Shown piece by piece: positions 26,760 to 39,493 of a stretch of DNA of 64,000 bases. Position 1 is the stretch's first letter, and each line of letters begins with the position of its first letter. The stretch is from Eledone cirrhosa. Its lineage: Eukaryota. Under the pieces are notes generated by a model that was given only the letters and a program-made list of their open reading frames with translations, was not told where the DNA came from and searched no databases. The translations under genes were made by a program, and so were the position numbers. The DNA is taken from the NCBI GenBank assembly GCA_964016885.1, contig OZ024745.1:81592001-81656000 (forward strand), written 5' to 3'.

Positions 26760-27293
26760 TAAACATTGTATATGCTTTCAATTACACCCCAATTACGTGC
26801 ACACACACACATATATATACTATATATACACACCGCTCTCTCTCATATATATATATCATCATCATTGCCGTTTTAACGTCTGCTTTCCCTGCTAGAAAGG
26901 GTTGGACGGGTCTACATACACTGAATCCATACTGAAGTGGAGCCACTGATCTTCCAGGCAGGCCAGGGACCTGTTTGCTTATCATATAAAACAGCAACTC
27001 TAAGGAGGCTGTCATGTCCATGACACGACTGAAGGGTCCTCCCGACCTTTTATTTGTTTGCTTGGCAAGCTCTCCATCGCTGGAAGCCCTTCCTATAACC
27101 AACCACTTCACAGGAGGTAGCTGCCAGGAATGTGTGAAGTAGTGAAGTTGAGAATAACTGTTAAAGAGAGCTAGTGGAAGGGGGAGGCTATATATATTAT
27201 GTAAAAAAAAAGTATATATATATATTCAGTTCCTAAACATTGTATAACTTCTGTCTATAAATTGTGAACTTATATAATGGAACAATTAAATAA

Positions 27294-27323
<30 letters not shown>

Positions 27324-27331
<8 letters not shown>

Positions 27332-27930
27332 ATACTTGGGGAGGGTCATATTTGTGTAATATTGCCAGAATTAATAACAGAACACACTCACTGTTTGGTT
27401 GGTTTTCGCTTTTCGCTTCTGTGTCTTTTATATCGGTAATCTAACTTACTCGGTCCTCAATGTTGCCATTGACTGACCAACGGTCAAAAATAATACAGAT
27501 ACAATATAGACACAAACACATATATATAGTTTATCAAAGTTCTTTCGTTGCACATCTGCAACATCGTCAGTGGTGCTATAGATTCCTCCCGTTGCATTGT
27601 ATTTCTACGCCATCTTTATTTAGTCTGTTTATATATTTATTTATTTGTTTGTTTGTTTATTTTATTTTGTCTTCTTTGCGCATGCGTTTGCGTGTGTGTA
27701 TAGTGTTTTGTTTGATGTGTGTTCGTGATTGGGTGACTGTGTATTGTACTAGTGTGTGTTTATATGTGTTTGTTGTTATTGTGCTTGTGTATGTATGTAT
27801 TTATTTATTTATCTATTTATTTATACTTCCCTTAGGTCAGTGTTGTTTGTTTGGGTGTTGTTGTTATTCCATTCATTCTCTGTTTAGTCTTGGCCTTCTA
27901 AGTTCTATGTGTGTCATATAAAAAACCTCG
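27324..27930 (-). mobile_element. PLE 3' end / pseudo-LTR (sister family of 2198-2996) with hammerhead at 27533-27574
   Basis: same terminus tattgttatactt.gggagggtcat; CTGACGA-T-GTTGCA(GATG)TGCAAC-GAAA-GAAC-TT. Confidence 0.75.
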
Positions 27931-27953
27931 CAAAACTATATATATATATATAT

Positions 27954-28692
27954 GGAGGCACATGGCTTAGTGGTTAGAGCATTGGCCTTGCAATCGAAAG
28001 GTTGTGAGTTCAATTCTCAGACCGGGTGATGTGTTGTTTCCTTGAGCAAGGCACTTTATTTCACATTGCTCCAGTTTACTCAGCTGTAGAAATGAGATGA
28101 TAGGGACTGGTGTCCCTATCATTCCACTGTAAAGTGGTCGTGGAGGTGCCACGGCAAAAAAGCACCCAGCACTCACTGTAAATGAGGTTGGTGTTAGGAA
28201 GGGCATCCAGCTGTAGAAATCAAGCCAGCATCAGTTCCCATCCCACCCTTGCAAGCAGGGAAAAAGCGGATGTAAAATGAAATGAATGAAATGATATATA
28301 TATACACACACACACACACAGGCACATGGCTTAGTGGTTAGAGCATTGGCCTTGCAATCGAAAGGTTGTGAGTTCAATTCTCAGACCGGGTGATGTGTTG
28401 TTTCCTTGAGCAAGACACTTTATTTCACATTGCTCCAGTTTACTCAGCTGTAGAAATGAGATGATAGGGACTGGGGGTCCCTATCATTCCACTGCAAAGT
28501 GGTTGTGGAGGTGCCATGGCAAATAAAAAGCACCCAGCACTCACTGTAAATGAGGTTGGTGTTAGGAAGGGCATCCAGCTGTAGCAAGCCAGAATCAGTT
28601 CCCATCCCACCCTTGCAAGCCAGAATCAGTTCCCATCCCACCCTTGCAAGCAGGGAAAAAGGGGACGTAAAATGATGAAAAAATGATGATGA
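27954..28692 (+). mobile_element. two tandem tRNA-derived SINEs (family 2) with RTE-related 3' tail
   Basis: TGGCTTAGTGG A box, GAGTTCAATTC B box, TCCTTGAGCAAGGCACTT core; tail GGTGTTAGGAAGGGCATCCAGC shared with the RTE 3' UTR. Confidence 0.9.
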
Positions 28693-29104
28693 CACACACA
28701 CACAATGAGCTTTTGCAGTTTCCATCTACCAAATTTTACTTATGGATTACACCGTGGATGAATTTGCTCTTTATAGTTGTAGATTATACAAACACATCAA
28801 GCTTTAAATCTTCTTGTCATAACATAATAAAATTGATCTTTTAATTTATTAAACTTGTTTATATACACATCATTAAACTCTTTTTAACAATTAACTTCAT
28901 TTCCTTGTTTCAATATTTTATGTTTATTTTTTCTACAAATGGAATAGTTTTTGTATCATATTTAGAACAACTAAATGCCCGTACTCTTTTACAAATTACA
29001 CATTTATCTGCAAGCTGAAACTGGAATATACAGAGTTATGTACCTTGATCAGAAGTATGACAACTCATAGAGAGGAAAGTAGTTCTACTGCAGAATTGTT
29101 TTGT

Positions 29105-29380
29105 GTATAGGTTGGAGAGAAATGAAGCAAGCATGCTTCGATGGATGTGCAATGCTAATGTGAGAGAATGGCAGAGCTTGGATAAACAGAGAGAAAAACT
29201 GGGTTTAAGAGGAATCAGTAGTTTGCAAGAAAGAAGACTGAGCTGGTATGGACATGTGATGTGCATGGATGATAATCGCTAGGTGATGAAGTACCAGGAA
29301 ATCCTAGGGGAAGGAAGCTGCAGCAGAGGAAAACCAAAGAAGGCTTGGGTGGAAATGGTTAGAGCTGATCTCAGACTCAC
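29105..29380 (+). mobile_element. old RTE fragment
   Basis: RLERNEASMLRWMCN..RRLSWYGHVMCM relic. Confidence 0.75.
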
Positions 29381-30217
29381 CATTTTATATCCATTTTCTA
29401 TGGTAGGATGGGTCATCATGTTCCTTGACAAGACAGGTTAGATAGCCACATCTAGTTTTCACATTCCATATTTGAGCATGGCTTCTATGGCTGGATGCCC
29501 ATCCGAATGCCAACTCTTTTACAGAGTGTACTGGGTGCATTTTATCGAGTCACCAGCGCTACATTTTATCTTGGCACCAATACTACTGCTTTGTACATTT
29601 TATTGTGCTACCAGCACTACCTCTTTACAGAGTGTATTGTGTGTATTTTATCATGGCACCAACACTAGAGAGGTTGCCATGTACTAGGCAAGTCTCAAGA
29701 GTCTTCTCTACTCTATGTTGTTTCTCTTTGATTGCTAACCACTTACTGAGTTTACTGGGTGTATTTTATCATATCACCAACACTAGAGAGGTTGTCAAGT
29801 CCTCAACCAGACCAAGGTCTTCCTACCCTACATTGTCTTGGCAGTTTGTCAACCACTGATACTTGTTTTATCCATCTCTATTCACTAAATCAATATGTCA
29901 AAAAAAAAAGCTGAAGTTTATAAATATTTTCCATCATCACCACTGTTTAACATCCACTGTCTCTGTTAGCAAGAGTTGGAGGGGGTCTTCATAGAGCATG
30001 TCAGTAGTGACATGGGGCTACTGATAGGCCTCCCAGATAGGCCGAGGGTCTGCATCTTGCTTACATATGATCTCTCAATCTACCAAGTGCACCAGCATAA
30101 GCGAGATGTCATGTCTTTGAGAAAACTGAAGGGTCCGCCCAAACCGTTTGTTTGGCAAGCTTTCTACAGTTGGATGCCCTTCCTATTACCCAAATAACTT
30201 TCAAATATTTGGCTTAC

Positions 30218-30352
30218 CTCAGACTCTTTATTGCTATCAATATCTTTAATTGTTTGAAGCAGCTGAACAATATTCTTTCTTGAAACATTTTTATCCCAGA
30301 AAAAACATTCCCAATCAGCTTCAGTTTTCTCAGATTCCCATGGTTCTGTTCG
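30218..30352 (-). CDS. MRPS35: MRPS35 internal exon
   Basis: AG/GT flanked, 135 nt, phase 0; RTEPWESEKTEADWECFFWDKNVSRKNIVQLLQTIKDIDSNKESE, cf. TEEWEKSKTEADMEEYIW. Confidence 0.95.
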
Positions 30353-31053
30353 CTATAAACAGAAAACAAGACATTTCATAAAAATATACATTATTTTGAA
30401 AAGAAATAGAAAGAGCTAACAAAAAGGATCTTCACATTTTGCTTATCTATTGAAAGCAACACAAATATATAAAAAATTTTTACTTGTTGCTTTTTCGTAC
30501 CTTTTTATTTAATTCAAATGTTGCATAAATTTTATGTTAGTCATATTTATGAATAACAGGTTTTTTTTGTTTTGTACTAAGTAAGCTCTGATTAAGCAAA
30601 GTTAAAAGTTTTTTAGTCGTGGAACATTCTCATATCAACACTAAAGTAAATAGTGATGTCCATTTATGTCATGCATAAAACAATACATCTTACAACTTAA
30701 GAGTTTGACAAAGGTCCTCAATATATATATCATAGTTAAAAAGAAAGAATGAGTTGTCATTTGGAAGATTATCCAGCCCTAGAAAATTGCCTCAAAAAGT
30801 CTCATCCAACCCATGCTATTATGGAAAAGTGGAAATAATAATAATAATGATGATGTAAAGCAAATCATCTGATCTGAACTCAACACACCAAATAATAGCT
30901 GAGCTGAACCAGTCATGGTACTGTAATACAGTTGTAATAACAGGTTCATTTGAAGGCAGTGTTTTTGCCAGGGACATGGTTGAGTTGATTTACTCATTTG
31001 CAGCAACTAATTCATTTGAAAGTTGGTTTTTTGGCCAGGGACATGGTATTGTG

Positions 31054-31285
31054 AAGGCACGTGGCCTAGTGGTAAGTGTGTTGGACTTCTAATTACAATG
31101 TCATGGGTTTGATTCATCAACCGGGTTGTGTTGAAAAACGCTTTATTTCACATTGCTCCAGTATACTCAGTTGAAAATGAGTACCAGCAGTAGCTGGGGG
31201 TTTAACCCTGAACTGGATTAACGTCATGGAAACCGGGATAAACACTGGCCTGATGAGCTTCTGGTCTTGAGACAGACTTTTTAGA
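31054..31285 (+). mobile_element. SINE family 2-related copy (another at 33810-34090)
   Basis: GTGGCCTAGTGG A box; CTTTATTTCACATTGCTCCAG core; different tail from 27954. Confidence 0.75.
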
Positions 31286-31563
31286 CATGGTATAGTGACA
31301 CAGTTGAGTTGTCATGGGACTGTAATGACTGCTTCATTTGAAGGTTAAAAGTCTTTAGCCAGGGAATAGCATAGTGACAAGGTTATGATTTGCAGATACT
31401 TTAGTTAGCAAACTCATGATCTATGGATTCAGTTAACTTAATTTTGGAAATCAATAATTAATAAACTATTATAAAAATCTGCAGTTCTCCACCCTTTTTT
31501 GTATTTCTTTCCATGACTCTTATAAATTCAAAATTAGTAATTAGAATTTAAAAAAAATCTTAC

Positions 31564-31633
31564 CTGAGATTCATGATATAAGGCAGTCAATACATAGACC
31601 AGGTAATCATAATTCTGTTTCTTTAAAGGACAT
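31564..31633 (-). CDS. MRPS35: MRPS35 internal exon
   Basis: AG/GT flanked, 70 nt (1+69); (R)[23 protein letters not shown], cf. conserved [24 protein letters not shown]. Confidence 0.96.
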
Positions 31634-31864
31634 CTGTCACAAAAAATGTTGAATAATTAAAACTATAATTTAAAAAATCCTTTTTTTACATAATGAATGT
31701 AAATGTGGATATTTAATTGGTTGATATATCGAATTAATAAGAAAAGAAATAAAAGTCGACTCCTTGATATCAATTGGAAGAGAATTAAATAAGTTATTAG
31801 TAAGAGTGTCACAAGGTGTCAAAGGTCAGATAGACAAAACTATTAATAATGATAAATGGCATGG

Positions 31865-32185
31865 ACATGACAAAAACAATAACACCCAATCCACCATGTA
31901 AGATGGTTGTGCTGGTGACAAGACAAAATGTACCCAACCCACCATGTAAGGTGGCCATGTTGGTAACAAGACAAAAAGCACCCAGTCCACCATGTGAAGT
32001 GGCCGTGCTGACATTAAGACAAAAAGCATTCAGTCCCTCCTGTAAGGTAGCCATGCTGGTGACAAAACAAAAAGCACCCAGTACACCCCATACGGTGGTC
32101 GTGCTGCTACCATGATGAAAAAGCATCTAATACCCTGTCAGGTGGTTGTTTAGGTGCCACAATAAAAAGCACCCAGTCCACCATC
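31865..32185. repeat. degenerate ~48 bp tandem repeat, 6-7 copies
   Basis: GACAAGACAAAAAGCACCCAGTCCACCATGTAAGGTGGCCATG.. repeated; resembles the AAAAGCACCCAG motif of RTE/SINE tails. Confidence 0.8.
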
Positions 32186-32230
32186 ATAAAATTATGATGG
32201 AAGGTTCTTATATGATTATAAACAATTTAA

Positions 32231-32471
32231 CCCTTTCTAATGAAATAATTACTTACGCGTTTCAATTAATTTCTAAAATATTCAAGAATTTTTAGGGATT
32301 TATTAATATAACTAACTTTCTCAATATTAAGTTGGTGTATGGAACATAATTTAATAAACGTTGTTACATAAAATTAAATAGTAAGTTTTAACATAAGTAT
32401 GAACAATTTAAAATTGGCAATTTGGTATCATTGAACTAGAGATGAATTCAATAAAGTGGGTATCAAATGGG
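32231..32471. mobile_element. piggyBac-type MITE
   Basis: TTAA-CCCTTT...AAATGGG-TTAA. Confidence 0.6.
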
Positions 32472-32801
32472 TTAAATCTACAGATCTTTACACTAATAGT
32501 AACTCTAATATTTCCAAATGAATAGAAACAACTGAATTTAGTTTCTTCAAATTTAATCAAAGTCATCATTACTGAAGTGCATATACAAAATTCAGGTTTT
32601 TTAAAGATTTTATTTACTTATCTAGGGAAAGAAAACTCAAGCCTAAAATCTGTGCTGAATATCTTAACAATGCAGGTTTAGTGAAATTAATGAGCCATTT
32701 GAATGGCAAAAGAAAAATTTGAATATGTAAAGTGTTTGAGAGGTTCTGGTAAAAGAAGATTGGATAAAACTTAAATTTCAACAGTTTATTGGTCATTTTA
32801 A

Positions 32802-33022
32802 CCTTTTAGCATTTAAACCGGCCGTATCCATCCAGAATTCTCTCATCTCTTTCTGTTCAAACTGGCTGTAACCGGCCACTCATACTTATGTTAAGGTATT
32901 GTTCTCAAAATAAATAATATCAAAATCTCATAGATTCGATATTATGTGAGATAATTATGTAAGGTAAAGCCTTTACTGTGAAAATACAATAGTAAATATA
33001 GAGTAATGTAAATGATAAAGGG
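32802..33022. mobile_element. piggyBac-type MITE
   Basis: TTAA-CCTTTTAGCATTTA...TAAATGATAAAGGG-TTAA. Confidence 0.75.
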
Positions 33023-35002
33023 TTAAACAACAATATTTTAAAATTACAACAGTTTATTGTATTAATCCTATGGTCATTTTAAACAACAATATTTTTAAAT
33101 TTCAACAGTTCATTGTATTAATCATATGGCCATTTTAAACAACAATATTTGAACATAATTTACTCAAGATGAACTAAATAAAAAAATAAAAAATTAAAAT
33201 GTACAAACAAAGTAAAGAGTAACTAATGAAAAACCATGTGTAACTAATTATATGAGGCCTCACAAGTAACTAGCTGTAGAAACAAATGGATATTGGATCA
33301 CTAACTTCTTCATCAAACATTACCCCCCGCAGTTTGTCTTCCAACATAGTTGTCTGTCTATTCTTGATAGCACAGTTTTACAGAGCTGCTAGCTCACAGA
33401 GAAAAGATATAATTACAGATGTAGAGATAGACAAAGATAAACTCTTGGCAAAATGCCTTGACGATCGAACACTTTTTGCATCATGCTAATGTCTAGACTA
33501 AAAAAACTTTCCTGGAGATTACTTTTGTTGGAATTATGCCAGAAAGTAAAACAAATTATTCACCTTTATTTGATCTATAGAGGATTTCAACAGATTTTAA
33601 ATATAAGATTGTTCTCCAAAATATATATAACTAGATCCAAACCACTTATGATATATTCAACTTCACATTTATTCTGTACATAAGATGGGGTGCACACAAG
33701 CAAAGAGCAACAGTCAAACATACACTCCAAATATTTTAGCCAACCATCAAGCTATCACTGCTGTTTTTGCAGACCAGAATTTAGGGATTTTATGCCATTT
33801 TAATCTTAGTGAAGCCACATGGCCTAGTGGTTAGGTTCTTGGACTTACAATCATAATGTTGTGTATTCAATTCCTGAACCGGGTTGTGTGTTGTGTTTTT
33901 GAGCAAAACAATTCATTTCACAATGCTCCAGTAAACTCAACTGAATAATGAGTACCAGCAGTAGCTGGGGGTTTAACCCTGTGATGAATTGGCATCCTGT
34001 CCAGGGGGCAGTCTTGTACTCAGTCACTTAGTGTTAAGGAAACCAAGATAAGTGCCAGCCTAAAGAGCCTCTGGGCTTGATATAGACATTAGACATGTCA
34101 ACCTAATCAAAATAAATAAATAAAACTGATAAAAATAAAGGTGGTTGGATAACATCCACGAGCTCAGCAGGTCTTGCTTGGAGATCCAGCCACATCAATT
34201 TGAAACAATTGCTTCTGACAGGACCCACTGGAAGGAGTGTATGAGGATTCTGCCCCAACAACCCTCAAAGGAATAAGTGGGCAAAAAAGAAAAATATAAA
34301 AATAAATAAATAACTATAGAGCCTACGATGTTAAAGAGGATATACTTAAGATATTTTATGAAGCATTATTTATAAATCCCGCCGAGGTTAACTTTGCTTT
34401 TCATCCTTACGGGGTCGATAAAATAAAGTACCAGTAATACACTGGGATAATTGCTGGCCTTGTGCCAAAAGTAGAAACAATTATTTATAATTCTAGGTTT
34501 ATTTCTGAAATACTGCACTGAATAATTACTACAATGACTGGAAAATTTCTCTACATACACACACATCATCAAATGTCGACTTTCCCTGCTAGCAAGGGTT
34601 GGACGGGTCTACTGACATCTCAGAAAGGTTGTGCTCACATTCTTGCTTACATATGGTCCTACACTCTACTGAGTACATTTTATCATGACACCAGCACTTG
34701 GGAGGTTGACATGTCTTTGACACAACTGAAGGGGCCTCTCAACCATTTTTCTTTGGCAAGAGTTTTATGACTGGATGCCCTTCCTATCACCAAACACTTT
34801 ACAGCATGTACTTAATATGTTTATCATATGTAGATCACCAACACTAGAGAAGTTGTCGTGCTGATTATGCAACAGAAGGGTTCTCTCAACCCTTTAGGCA
34901 TGGTTTCTACAGTGTGCTGTCTTTCCTATTGCCAATCACTTTACAAGCTATACTGGGAGCAATTTCTGTGTATAAGAAAGTAAGAAGGAAGAAATAACTT
35001 AC

Positions 35003-35112
35003 CGATCTGTTTTAAGAGTGATTTCCCCGGTAGTTTTGTTGTATCGATTTTTTAAAAGTCGCACCATTTTATCTTTAGCATGATAGTCAAGATTCAGACT
35101 TGATATATTCAA
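35003..35112 (-). CDS. MRPS35: MRPS35 internal exon
   Basis: long polypyrimidine tract plus cag acceptor, gtaagt donor; 110 nt; LNISSLNLDYHAKDKMVRLLKNRYNKTTGEITLKTD(R). Confidence 0.95.
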
Positions 35113-35422
35113 CTGAAGGAGGGAGAGGAGAAAAGAAAAAAAAAGAAACCATCATCATCAACATTATTTCTACAACTGATTTTTTTCCATGTTTACATGG
35201 ATTGAGATGGATTTTTGTGGCAGAGTTATTTTTTTCTATGGCCAAATGACCTTCACATCAACATATATCGTCTTTTTTTTTTTTTTTTTCAAGTATGGTT
35301 TATGCAACAAAATGTTTATTGAATTATTATGCTGTAGGACATATTATTTTGAGGGAAACAAACAGTTTCATTGCTCTCATTTTTTATAAATGGCATATAC
35401 TCACACACACACACACATATAC

Positions 35423-35612
35423 AGATTACGGCAAACACAAGCAGAGAATAGAAAATACAAAATAGGGAACTGATTTGATTCAGGGATAACCTGCCAATTC
35501 AGTATAATTGTAAAGGCAAACCAGCCCCTTTTGCTTTTACAATAATACTGAATTAGTAGGCCATCCCTTCAGTCCTCTATTTTCTATTCCCTGTTTGTGT
35601 TTACCATAATCA
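35423..35612. repeat. imperfect palindrome, ~190 bp
   Basis: gattacggcaaacacaagcagagaatagaaaata...aattcagtataattgtaaaggcaaa / ttttgcttttacaataatactgaatt...tatttttctattccctgtttgtgtttaccataatc. Confidence 0.85.
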
Positions 35613-36048
35613 TGTTACCTTATGTAAATAATTCTGCAATTAACACCTGATGAAATCGCCTAAGTCTGCATCATGATCGGATGATGAAGCTGGGCCATAG
35701 AAATATATATAGTATTTTCACAGAATTAAAATTTTAAAGGAAATTTCCAATCTGGCTTTCTGTTGTTTTTAATGAGTATATATATATATATACACATACA
35801 TATGATTCATTCACATAACATGTATTATGCTACCTTAGGTTTCAGCATCTGCAGACTGTACACAAGAGTATAGAATGCATGAGGCTGAGTATATGTGTGT
35901 GTGTGTCATCATCATCATCATTTCATTTTTACGTCCGTTTTTCGCTGCTTGCAAGGGTGGGACGGGAACTGATTCTGGCTAGATTTCTACAGCTGGATGC
36001 CCTTCCTAACACCAAACTCATTTACAGTGAGTGCTGGGTGCTTTTTTG

Positions 36049-36127
<79 letters not shown>

Positions 36128-36130
<3 letters not shown>

Positions 36131-36464
36131 GCATATGGCTTAGTTGTTAGAGCATTGGCCTTGCAATCGAAAGGTTGTGAGTTCAATTCTCAGACCGGGT
36201 GATGTGTTGTTTCCTTGAGCAAGACACTTTATTTCACATTGCTCCAGTTTACTCAGCTGTAGAAATGAGATGATAGGGACTGGGGTCCATATCATTCCAC
36301 TGCAAAGTGGTCGTGGAGGTGCCACGGCAAAAAAGCACCCAACACTCACTGTAAATGAGGTTGGTGTTAGGAAGGGCATCCAGCTGTAGAAATCAAGCCA
36401 AAATCAGTTTCCGTCCCACCCTTGCAAGCAGGGAAAAAGCGGACGTAAAATGAAATGATGATGA

Positions 36465-36468
<4 letters not shown>
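36128..36468 (+). mobile_element. SINE family 2 copy, preceded by an inverted tail fragment at 35905-36052
   Basis: near-identical to 27954-28295. Confidence 0.9.
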
Positions 36469-36505
<37 letters not shown>

Positions 36506-36508
<3 letters not shown>

Positions 36509-37388
36509 AGGTGCTCTGAAAGTACAGTAGCTAGAGTCAGAACAGGATGGAAAAAGTTCAGAGAGCTTATACCACTATTGTCCGCTAAAGGGTTCTCTCT
36601 AAAAATGAAAGGCAGGCTGTATGATGCCTGCATACGAATAGCAATGAGACTTGGGCATTGTGTGCAGAGGATATACGCAGACTGGAGAGGAACGAAGCTT
36701 GCATGCTCTGTTGGATGTGTAATAGTAATATACGTGAACGGCAAAGCATAAATGAACTAAGGGAGAAATTAGAAATAAGAGGAATCAGATGTTGTTTACT
36801 CGAGAGAAGACTACGTTGGTATGGTCACGTGATGCCCATGAAAGACGACAGCTGTATAAAAAAGTGCAGGGCGATAAAAATAGACGGTAGCCACGGAGTA
36901 GGCAGACCCAGAAAAACCTGGGACGACTTGATAAATTCCGACCTCACACACTTACACCTCTCCAAGACAATGTCACTGGACCGAGATCTTTGGTAATACA
37001 GAAGACCCGCCTTGCCTAAGTACAAAGCGAAACCTACAGTCAGTAGGCACCTCTAACAAAAATACACCCCCCGTCCCACCACCCCTTTCGATGTAAAGTT
37101 ATGTTGGTACCACAACATCCAGTCCGAAATAAATGAGGTCGTGTAGGTGTCACGAAAAAAAAAACACACAGTCCACGCTGTAATGTGGCCGTGTAGGTAA
37201 CACGGTAAAAACCTCCCAGTCCACATTGTAAACGTGGTTGGTGTTAGGAAGGGCATCCAGCCGTAGAAAACCCGCCAGACAGTCCTATACGAGCAAGACA
37301 ACCAATCTTGCCTCAAGTGGGAAAATTCCCATCCAAACCCATGCAAGCATGGAAAATGGACGTTAAACGATGATGATGATGATGATGA

Positions 37389-37391
<3 letters not shown>
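36506..37391 (+). mobile_element. RTE LINE, 5'-truncated
   Basis: ARVRTGWKKF..RRLRWYGHV..GRPRKTW; 3' UTR and (GAT)n tail. Confidence 0.92.
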
Positions 37392-37437
<46 letters not shown>

Positions 37438-38790
37438 GACTTCTTTAGAGTTTCTATCAATCAAATTACCTCACAACACATTAGTTTGCCCAAGGTGTCA
37501 TGTAGTGGGACTGAACCCCAAACTATCTGGTTCTGAAGCAAAATGTACTATGTTTAAATACACATCAGATAGTCACAGCTTGTATGCTTTGATCATAAGT
37601 TTGCTAAATTAGGTTTCCTCTGGTGATACATAGGTTTCTACACACACTTCCTACTTCTAACTAAACAGGCATCTCTTATTTAAATAGACAGATGTAACCA
37701 AAATAATGTAACATGTCAACAGCTCATCATTTAATGTCTGTTTTCCTTGCTAGCAAAGGCCGGGTGGGTCTTCACAGACGGAGTTAGCACTAAAGCAGGG
37801 CTACTGACATACCAGACAGGCTAGAGGTCTGCATCTCACATATGGTCCCACATTCTACCAAGTGCATTTTATCATGGCACTAGTACAAGGGAAGTTGTCA
37901 TGTCTTTGACACAACTGAAGAGTCCTCCCAACCCTTTATTTAACAAATAGATGGTCAGTAGTCCAACAGCAATTTTAAGGTTGCTATGTTATTTTCTAAA
38001 ATTATTTTTTACTTTTGCTACTTTACATTCATTTATTTTCCAGCTGGATGCCACATGAATGAAGGTTCAAACTTCTTTTGTCAATCAGAGTTATATACCT
38101 TTGCTAGGGCATAGAAAAAAAGCTGTAGTTCAGTCTCAGCTCAAGATCATATCTCAATAACATTAATAAAGGTGCCTTTATATGAACATTCAACTTGCTA
38201 GAAATAGCAGCCAAATCACAACTGTCATGGAAAAAGAAAGGACACATTAAATAATATTGTCCTAAATACTTCTAAAAAGTTGGGATCAGTCATAGTTAGA
38301 AAGCTAGTGACAAGACAAAAAGCACCCAGCTTACTCTGTAAGGTACCACAATGTACATGCTGTAATATGGTAGGCATTAGGAAGGGGTATCCAGCCTTAG
38401 AAAACTAAACCAAAAACAGATCTGTATGAGCAAGATGTGTTCACCTGACCTGGCTAGACTCATAACATAACAAATCATCTAACATATGCAAACAGTGATG
38501 ATGATGATGACAATGATGATATGATTTACATTAGATTCATCCTGTTGTTACTGAAGCAATTACATTGTGGAAGAGTCATTTTAGCCATGCTGCCATTGTA
38601 GGGAAATAAAATGGAAAGTAGATAAATAACTCTAATAAAAATTCAAATAACTTTTTTTACTCAAAACCAAAATGGAAACTGGAGTAATTGAGAAGTTGCT
38701 ACATGGAATTATGATGCTGCTGTTGCCATTGTACTTAATTTGATGTTGATGAATATGAATATAACTACTATATAAAATAGAAATTCTTAC

Positions 38791-38930
38791 CTTAAAGGTC
38801 ACCACACGAGCTCTAGCATCTCTAAGAGAAGGACCAGCAAAGCAATAATCAGATGAGATCATTTCTACTGGAAAATGCTGCTGGCATATGTTGTCAGTAC
38901 TTAAGGCTTCAGGCCAAGGTGTACAAAATT
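38791..38930 (-). CDS. MRPS35: MRPS35 internal exon
   Basis: AG/GT flanked, 140 nt (2+138), phase matches previous exon; (K)FCTPWPEALSTDNICQQHFPVEMISSDYCFAGPSLRDARARVVTFK, cf. human [32 protein letters not shown]. Confidence 0.95.
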
Positions 38931-39276
38931 CTTAAAGAGAATCATAAAAGAAATAAGATAAAGTTAAAAAAGAATAATGAAAAATACAAAAGGGACTATG
39001 GATATTTTTCTATAAGAGACCCAGAGGTAGACTATGAGCAAGATGGTTGGATAACGTCCATGAGCTCAGTTGGTCTCATTTGTGGATATATTAACCTGTA
39101 GGTTTTTTCGTTGCTTTGGTGTCATGGCTAGGCTTGCCTACCACAGTTTTCAATTTGTCATGCCGTCTAATGAATGTTATTACTCTGAGCTTTCTCATCG
39201 AGTGCTTGGCTGCATAATTCCTGATTGTGTTTCATTGGCTTGGCTACAGCCGAAGCTTCGATTTTACTAAACTTCC

Positions 39277-39327
<51 letters not shown>

Positions 39328-39493
39328 GTTCAAGAGTAGCCAATCTTAAAGAGAGAGATGGAGATAGGAGAGGAGAGATTGGTGAATTAGTTAGAAGCCA
39401 AAGCGTAAAGGCATGTGCTCAATGTGCAATATGCAGTAGAAAGCAGCTAGGTGGCTGGATTCATGCAGAAGTTAGGCGCGCAGAGCTGGAACT

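Noticed and set aside
27954-28030. tRNA gene
   Set aside because: A and B boxes are present but there is no acceptor stem, and the sequence continues into a multi-copy SINE body.
29036-29100. Extra MRPS35 exon
   Set aside because: The flanking exons already join in phase and match the family; the overlapping ORF is mostly antisense RTE.
35645-35715. Hammerhead (CTGATGA...GAAA) next to the palindrome
   Set aside because: Stems could not be assembled; at best a decayed relic.
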